Source: Mobula hypostoma (Eukaryota). From it: 64,000 nucleotides of DNA. Both the position numbers and the translations under genes were made by a program. The notes beneath the pieces were generated by a model that was not told where the DNA came from, did no database searches, and worked only from the letters and a program-made list of their open reading frames with translations. Positions within the stretch are counted from its first letter, which is position 1; each line of letters starts with the position of its first letter. Positions 63,839 through 64,000 of this stretch are shown in pieces. The stretch is from contig NC_086108.1 of NCBI RefSeq assembly GCF_963921235.1, positions 59,832,001-59,896,000 on the forward strand. The letters run 5' to 3'.

Positions 63839-63940
63839 TAAAATTTGCATATTGTACATGTACACACTTGTAAATGAATGAAATGTGTCTAAAATTTGCA
63901 TATTGAATATGTACACACTTGTAAATGAACGTAATGTGCT
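63839..63940. repeat. 51-bp tandem duplication (2 copies)
   Basis: taaaatttgcatattg...tgtacacacttgtaaatgaa starts at 63839 and 63890. Confidence 0.9.
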
Positions 63941-64000
63941 TAATACTTATTGGAGGGAGAGCTATTGGGGATGGAAAGGGGAGTACATGCTTTGGATGAC

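Overview
Eukaryotic, AT-rich, repeat-dominated window with no confidently identifiable host exon, rRNA, tRNA or CRISPR array. The repeat mix (CR1 with SGNH-esterase ORF1, Rex1/Babar, RTE, Neptune-type Penelope-like elements, V-SINE, Deu-domain SINE, hAT-Charlie, IR/DR Tc1, solo LTRs) suggests an intron or intergenic region of a cartilaginous fish, probably a ray; this taxon call is inference. The best-supported highlights: (1) a young, 5'-truncated Penelope-like element (about 2260-4897) with a stop-free 734-codon RT + GIY-YIG frame, longer than the ORF track shows; (2) minimal type I hammerhead ribozyme motifs at its 3' end and in sibling copies, followed by a conserved terminal stem-loop; (3) a 143-bp Penelope insertion with twin-priming geometry and a 16-bp target-site duplication (TSD); (4) a CR1 insertion with outward-facing 3' tails at both ends; (5) several nested insertions with readable TSDs. 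All family calls come from motif recognition by eye. No database search was run, and boundaries without a stated TSD are approximate.
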